Positions 59,021-64,000 of a stretch of 64,000 nt of DNA are shown here, piece by piece. This stretch comes from Candidatus Binatia bacterium. Lineage in GTDB: Bacteria; Desulfobacterota; Binatia; UBA9968; JAJDTQ01. Position numbers and translations under genes: made by a program. Numbering within the stretch: position 1 is the first letter of the stretch; each line of letters begins with the position of its first letter. The DNA lies in the NCBI GenBank assembly GCA_963666515.2, contig OY762897.2, positions 2,112,001-2,176,000 on the forward strand, written 5' to 3'. The notes under the pieces were generated by a model, which was not told the origin of the DNA, did not search any database, and worked only from the letters and a program-made list of their open reading frames with translations.

Positions 59021-59049
59021 TTGACAGCCGCACGCCGTGGGCCTATAGG
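59021..59049 (+). promoter_or_regulatory. Putative sigma70 promoter of the UbiD operon
   Basis: TTGACA-N17-TATAGG. Confidence 0.5.
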
Positions 59050-59081
59050 GCCTATGGATGGCGCAGCCGGGAGACGAACGC

Positions 59082-60530
59082 ATGACGAAAGAGCGACGAG
59101 ACGTTGAAGCGGCCCTGAACCTGCGGACTTTCATCGACCGGCTCAGGCAGGCGGGAAAGCTCAAGGAGATCCGGGACGCCCACTGGGACCTGGAGATCGG
59201 CGCGCTGACCGAGATCGCCGCCGAGTCCGGCGAGGGCTCGGCGCTGCTCTTCGACACCGTCCCGGACCACCCGGAGGGCTACCGCGTCCTCAGCAACGTC
59301 CTGCGCTCTCCGGAATCGGACGCCCTGGCCTTGGGCATGCCGCCGGAGGTCCGCGGCCTGGACGTCGTGCAGGCGGTCAAGGGCCGGCTCCAGGACCTGA
59401 AGCCCATCCCGCCGACCGAGATCGGCGAGTCGCCGCTGCTGGAGAACGTCGCCTTCGACGGCGACGTCAACGTGCTCAAGTTCCCCACACCCAAGTGGCA
59501 CGCGGACGACGGCGGACGCTACATCGGCACGTTCACGGCCACGGTGTGCCGCGACCCCGACACCGGCTACGTCAACGTCGGCACCTACCGCGTCCAGGTC
59601 CACGACGAGAACACCGTGGGCGTGTGGATGATCCCCGGGAAACACGGCGACCTCATCACCCGGAAATACTGGGCGCGGGGCGAGAGCTGCCCCGTGGCCG
59701 TCGTGTGCGGGCTGCCGCCGGGCATGATGACCGCGAGCGCGGTGGGCATCCCCTGGAACATGAGCGAGTACGACTTCCTGGGGGGCCTGCTGGAGACGCC
59801 GGTGCCGGTCATCAAGGGGCAGAAGACCGGGCTGCCCGTACCCGCCTTCGCGGACATCGTCCTGGAAGGCCACATACCGCCGCCGGAGCAGGAGACCCAC
59901 GAAGAGGGGCCGTTCGGCGAGTGGCCCGGATATTACGCCTCGGGGTCGCGGCAGGCCCCGGTGGTCAAGGTGGAGGCCGTCTATCACCGCAACGACCCCA
60001 TCATCACCGGCGACCCGCCGCTCAGGACCTTCCTCAACAGCGAGACCCACAAGTACATCCGCTCGGCCAACATCTGGTCGTCCCTGGAGCGCGCCGGCAT
60101 CCCCGAGGTGCAGGGCGTGTGGTTCCCGCGGCAGGGCCGGTTCATGGTCACCGTGGCCATCAAGCAGCGCTACTCGGGCCACGCCAAGCAGGCCGGATAC
60201 GGCGTGCTCGCCACCCGCGACGGCGGACGGGACGTGCGCATGGTCATCGTGGTGGACGAGGACGTGGACATCACCAACGTGGGCGAGGTGCTCTGGGCCA
60301 TGTCCACCCGCTGGGACCCCCGGACCGATTCCGAGATCCTCGACGTCGCCGCCAGCATCCTGAACCCGCGGCTTTCGCCCGAGGACAAGCAGCGCCGGGA
60401 GCTGACCACCTCCTGCATGGTGGTGGACGCGTGCCGGCCCTACAGTTGGAAGGACGAGTTCCCGAAGATCTCGGGCGTGAGCGCCGACTACAAGGCCAGG
60501 GTCCGCGCCAAGTGGGCGGACCGGTTGTGA
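59082..60530 (+). CDS. UbiD-family prFMN-dependent (de)carboxylase
   Basis: DGGRYIG, NVGTYR, EGPFGEWPGYY, VVDEDVD; start 59058 or 59082. Confidence 0.93.
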   Translation: MTKERRDVEAALNLRTFIDRLRQAGKLKEIRDAHWDLEIGALTEIAAESGEGSALLFDTVPDHPEGYRVLSNVLRSPESDALALGMPPEVRGLDVVQAVKGRLQDLKPIPPTEIGESPLLENVAFDGDVNVLKFPTPKWHADDGGRYIGTFTATVCRDPDTGYVNVGTYRVQVHDENTVGVWMIPGKHGDLITRKYWARGESCPVAVVCGLPPGMMTASAVGIPWNMSEYDFLGGLLETPVPVIKGQKTGLPVPAFADIVLEGHIPPPEQETHEEGPFGEWPGYYASGSRQAPVVKVEAVYHRNDPIITGDPPLRTFLNSETHKYIRSANIWSSLERAGIPEVQGVWFPRQGRFMVTVAIKQRYSGHAKQAGYGVLATRDGGRDVRMVIVVDEDVDITNVGEVLWAMSTRWDPRTDSEILDVAASILNPRLSPEDKQRRELTTSCMVVDACRPYSWKDEFPKISGVSADYKARVRAKWADRL

Positions 60531-60621
60531 CACGGGCGACGGGCATTGCGTGGAGGAACGACCGGGCGAGCGGACGTGACGGGGTCACCGCCCCGCACCC
60601 GGTGACAGGAAGGAGATACCG

Positions 60622-61656
60622 ATGAGACATCCGTACCGATTCGCGGCAGCCTTCTCGTTGCTGCTGTGCATGGCCGTCCCGGCCACGGCATGGGCCGACG
60701 TGGCGGCGTTCTACAAGGGCAAGACCTTGCGGTTCATCCTGGGCTCCGCGCCCGGCGGGGGCTTCGACACCTACGGCCGCACCATCGCCCGCACCCTCAC
60801 CAAGCACATTCCCGGCAACCCGAAGATCATCGTCCAGAACATGCCCGGCGCCGGTTTCGCCATCGCCATGAACTACGTCTACAACGTCGCCAGACGTGAC
60901 GGCTCGGTGATCGGAGCGACCAACAGCGGCTTGGTGATGAAGCAGGTGCTGGGCGAGAAGGGCATCAAGTTCGACAACGCGAAGTTCGGCTGGCTGGGCA
61001 GCGCCGGCAAGGCCACGCCCACGTGCATGGTGATGTCGCGCACGGGTGTGACCGACCTCAAGGGGATCCTGAACGCCCCGAAGCCCATCAACTTCGGATC
61101 CGCGGGCACCCTCACCCGGGACACCCCGCTGATCCTGCGGGATTTCGTGGGCGGCAAGATCAACGTCGTCAGGGGGTATAACGGCACGGCGCAGATTCGC
61201 GCGGCCGTGGGGCGCAAGGAGGTGGACGGGTACTGCTCTTCGTGGGAGTCGGTGCGGATCCAGGCCACGGAAATGCTCAAGGGCAAGGAGGGCGACCGGC
61301 TGGTTCCCTTCCTCACCAGCGGCGACAAGGACGAGCCGGTGCTCAAGAACCTGCCGCTGTTCGCCGATCACATCAAGAACGCCGACGAGCGCGCGGCCTA
61401 CGAAGCGTGGCTGGCGCCGTACAAGCTCTTCCGCGCCTACGTGACGCCGCCGGGCATCCCGAAGGATCGGCTGGAGGCGCTGCAGACCGCCTTCAAGAAC
61501 ACCCTGGACGACCCGGAGTTCAAGACGGCCTCCAAGAAGATCGGCATCGAGATCTCGTACCTGTCGGGCGCCGAGATCCTGGGCCTCGTGAAGAAGGTCT
61601 TTTCCATCGGGCCGGGGGCCAAGGCGCGGCTCGAGCGGCTGGTCAAAGGCAAGTAG
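60622..61656 (+). CDS. tctC: TTT substrate-binding protein
   Basis: Signal peptide, APGGGFDTYGR, QNMPGAG. Confidence 0.9.
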   Translation: MRHPYRFAAAFSLLLCMAVPATAWADVAAFYKGKTLRFILGSAPGGGFDTYGRTIARTLTKHIPGNPKIIVQNMPGAGFAIAMNYVYNVARRDGSVIGATNSGLVMKQVLGEKGIKFDNAKFGWLGSAGKATPTCMVMSRTGVTDLKGILNAPKPINFGSAGTLTRDTPLILRDFVGGKINVVRGYNGTAQIRAAVGRKEVDGYCSSWESVRIQATEMLKGKEGDRLVPFLTSGDKDEPVLKNLPLFADHIKNADERAAYEAWLAPYKLFRAYVTPPGIPKDRLEALQTAFKNTLDDPEFKTASKKIGIEISYLSGAEILGLVKKVFSIGPGAKARLERLVKGK

Positions 61657-61675
61657 GGTGTCCGAGGGAAGCCAC

Positions 61676-62404
61676 ATGGAAGCGCACGCTGCGAAACGGA
61701 ACGGCGTGGAGAGCGTCTGGCAGGAACTGGTGGAGCTCGTCAACGCGCAGTTCGAGACCCCGCCCTTTCAGCGGCTGCTGGGGCTCCGGTTCTCGCAGGC
61801 GCGTGCCCAGGCCCTGTCCATCCAGATGAAGCACTACGTCGCCAACCGGCGGGACTGCTGGGCGTTCGTCGCCGGCGCCGCCCCGCTGAGCGTCAAGCGC
61901 CTCATCTGGGAGCACGAGGGCGAGGAGCTGATGGGCGACAAGGCCGCGGGCAAGGTGGACCACATCACGCTCGCCGTGCAAGAGGGCAGGATTTTCGGTC
62001 TGTCGCCCGAGGATTACGAGCGCGTACGCCCGCTGGACGCGGCTGTGGCGTGTTTCTACGCGTGGATCCACTTGGCCAAGGACCGGCCGTGGCGCGAGGC
62101 CGTCGCGGCGTCGGCAGTGCTGGAGATGCGCAACTCCGACGACTTGGTGCGCGGCGGCTCGCTGTCCTACCGCGTCGGCAAGAACCTCGAACGGGACCTG
62201 GGGATTCCGCTGAAGCGGCAGATCAACAACGCCGAGCACGTGACCGCGGACGTGGAGCACGGCCAACTCCTGCTGGAAGTGGCGCGCGAACACTGCCACA
62301 CCGAGGAAGAGCAGCAGGCGCTGCTGCGGGGCGCGCGGGAGAGCCTCGTGATCGACCGGGCCTACCGCGAGCAACTCGCCAACATGATGAAGGCGCTGGA
62401 CTAG
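61676..62404 (+). CDS. Heme-oxygenase-like (TenA/PqqC/CADD) diiron protein, paralog 1
   Basis: HEGEEL..DH, LEMRN, HVTADVEH. Confidence 0.75.
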   Translation: MEAHAAKRNGVESVWQELVELVNAQFETPPFQRLLGLRFSQARAQALSIQMKHYVANRRDCWAFVAGAAPLSVKRLIWEHEGEELMGDKAAGKVDHITLAVQEGRIFGLSPEDYERVRPLDAAVACFYAWIHLAKDRPWREAVAASAVLEMRNSDDLVRGGSLSYRVGKNLERDLGIPLKRQINNAEHVTADVEHGQLLLEVAREHCHTEEEQQALLRGARESLVIDRAYREQLANMMKALD

Positions 62405-62431
62405 GAGCCTGCGCCACAGGAGTCCGACGAC

Positions 62432-63139
62432 ATGCCCGATATCGCGAAGCTCAAGAGCACTCTGAACGAGATGTGCAACCGCCAGTACACAACCGACGAG
62501 TTCCAGGACCTGCTCACGCTGCCCTGGACCATGGAGCGCGGGCGCTACTACGTGGTGCAGAACGCCCTCTACACCAGGAACCGGCGGGACTGTTGGGGCT
62601 ACGTGCAGGCCGCGGCGCCGCTGGACGTCAAGGCGCTGGTGTGGCAGCACGAGAGCGACGAACTGATCAACGACCCGCGCGCCGGCATGGATCACTACTC
62701 CCTGACCGTCAAGCAGGGCGAGGTCATCGGCCTGGAACGCGAGGACTTCGAGAAGGCCGAGTTGCCGCCCATGGCGCAGGCGGCCTTCCTCGCCTGGCAC
62801 CACATCGCCGTCAAGGGGCCGTGGCTGGCTTCGTTCACCTCCTCCCAGATGCTGGAGCGCCGCAACAACCCCGACATCGTGAAGGACGGCGGCATGTCCT
62901 ACCGTATCGGCAAGAAGTTCGAGAACGAGCTGGGCATCAGCCTCAAGCGGATGATCTCGCTCAACGTGCACTCCACCGCGGACACCGAGCACTCCGACAT
63001 GATGGACGGCGTCTACGACAAGCACGTGCGCACGCAGGAGGACTACGACACCGTGCTGCGGGCCGCGAAGCAGTGCATGGCCATCGACCGCGCCTACCGC
63101 GGCGGGCTGGCCTACGTCATGCAGCGCATCGAGGGCTGA
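62432..63139 (+). CDS. Heme-oxygenase-like diiron protein, paralog 2
   Basis: HESDEL..DH, LERRN, HSTADTEH. Confidence 0.75.
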   Translation: MPDIAKLKSTLNEMCNRQYTTDEFQDLLTLPWTMERGRYYVVQNALYTRNRRDCWGYVQAAAPLDVKALVWQHESDELINDPRAGMDHYSLTVKQGEVIGLEREDFEKAELPPMAQAAFLAWHHIAVKGPWLASFTSSQMLERRNNPDIVKDGGMSYRIGKKFENELGISLKRMISLNVHSTADTEHSDMMDGVYDKHVRTQEDYDTVLRAAKQCMAIDRAYRGGLAYVMQRIEG

Positions 63140-63163
63140 GCGGAGACGCGCAGGGAGACGACC

Positions 63164-64000
63164 ATGAGCCTCGAAGACCTCAACAAGGATCTCGCCACCA
63201 AGCAACTGGCGGGTTTCTGGGCGTCCAACATCACCGACAACGACGGCGAGGTGCTGGAGCCCCGGACCACCGTGGTCCCCTACCTGTGGAAGTGGGACGA
63301 CATCTACAACGGGCTCTTGCAGGCCGGCGAACTGGTGAGCCTGGAACAGTCGGAGCGGCGCACCATCCGCCTCATCAATCCCGGCGTGCCCGGCACCACC
63401 GGCGCCACCAACACGGTGCACACCTCCATCCAGCTCGTGAAGCCGGGCGAGGTCGCCAAGGCCCACCGCCATACCCTGACCGCGCTGCGCTTCGTGCTCC
63501 GGGGCGGCGGCGCTTTCACCACAGTGGAAGGCGAGCGCTTCACCATGCACCCCGGCGACCTGATCCTCACGCCCCAGTGGACCTGGCACGACCACTACAA
63601 CGGCACCGGCGAGAACATCATGTGGCTGGACGGCCACGACGGCCCCCTGCTGAAGGCGCTGGAGGTGATGGCGGTGGAGCCCTTCGGCCAGAAGCAGCAG
63701 CCGGTGGAGGCCATGCCCGACTTCAGCCTGCACCAGTTCGGCTGGGCGCGTCCGCCCGAGCAGCTCTCGGAGTTCCCGGACCCGCCCTTCCGCTATCCGT
63801 GGGAGACCACTTACGAATCGCTGGAGGCGCTGGCGACGAGCCCGGGCGACGAGTGCGACGGGGTGCTGCTGCGCTACGTCAACCCGCGCAACGGCGGCTT
63901 CACGCTGCGCACCATCGGCTGCGAGATCCAGATGATCCGGCCCGGCGAGAATACGCGCTCGCACCGCCACACCAGCACCACCATCTACCACGTGTTCCGC
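63164..64000 (+). CDS. Gentisate 1,2-dioxygenase-family cupin (runs off window)
   Basis: Not in ORF track; hand translation MSLEDLNKDL..ERRTIRLINPG..AKAHRH..WTWHDH. Confidence 0.88.
   Translation, partial: MSLEDLNKDLATKQLAGFWASNITDNDGEVLEPRTTVVPYLWKWDDIYNGLLQAGELVSLEQSERRTIRLINPGVPGTTGATNTVHTSIQLVKPGEVAKAHRHTLTALRFVLRGGGAFTTVEGERFTMHPGDLILTPQWTWHDHYNGTGENIMWLDGHDGPLLKALEVMAVEPFGQKQQPVEAMPDFSLHQFGWARPPEQLSEFPDPPFRYPWETTYESLEALATSPGDECDGVLLRYVNPRNGGFTLRTIGCEIQMIRPGENTRSHRHTSTTIYHVFR

Noticed and set aside
7121-63991. Many long antisense or alternate-frame ORFs (e.g. 9413..11641, 21513..23579, 61643..63991)
   Set aside because: Shadows of real genes in high-GC DNA; low-complexity R/G/A/H-rich translations with no motifs

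Overview
High-GC bacterial window dominated by catabolic genes for aromatic, N-heterocyclic and acyl-CoA substrates. It holds tripartite tricarboxylate (TTT) and ABC transporters, amidohydrolases, an acyl-CoA dehydrogenase pair, thiolase-like/DUF35 genes, 2OG-Fe(II) oxygenases, a hydantoinase/carboxylase-type complex, a UbiD decarboxylase and two gentisate-dioxygenase-type cupins. It also carries glnS-YqeY, two c-type cytochromes and a disrupted sensor kinase. The left end is an accessory patch with an MmeI/YeeA-like DNA methyltransferase, an orphan AbrB gene and an AT-richer overlapping gene pair. Four items stand out. (1) A module of heme-oxygenase-like diiron (CADD/PqqC/TenA-fold) protein(s) + gentisate-type dioxygenase + TctC occurs twice, suggesting an undescribed aromatic-oxidation route. 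(2) A hidden UGSC-motif selenoprotein has an in-frame UGA and a SECIS-like hairpin, and the ORF track splits it in two. (3) An acetone-carboxylase-gamma-like domain is fused to a Cys-less isochorismatase domain. (4) One TTT permease is a TctA-TctB fusion. All family calls come from motif recognition by eye; no searches were run. No rRNA, tRNA or CRISPR array was seen.
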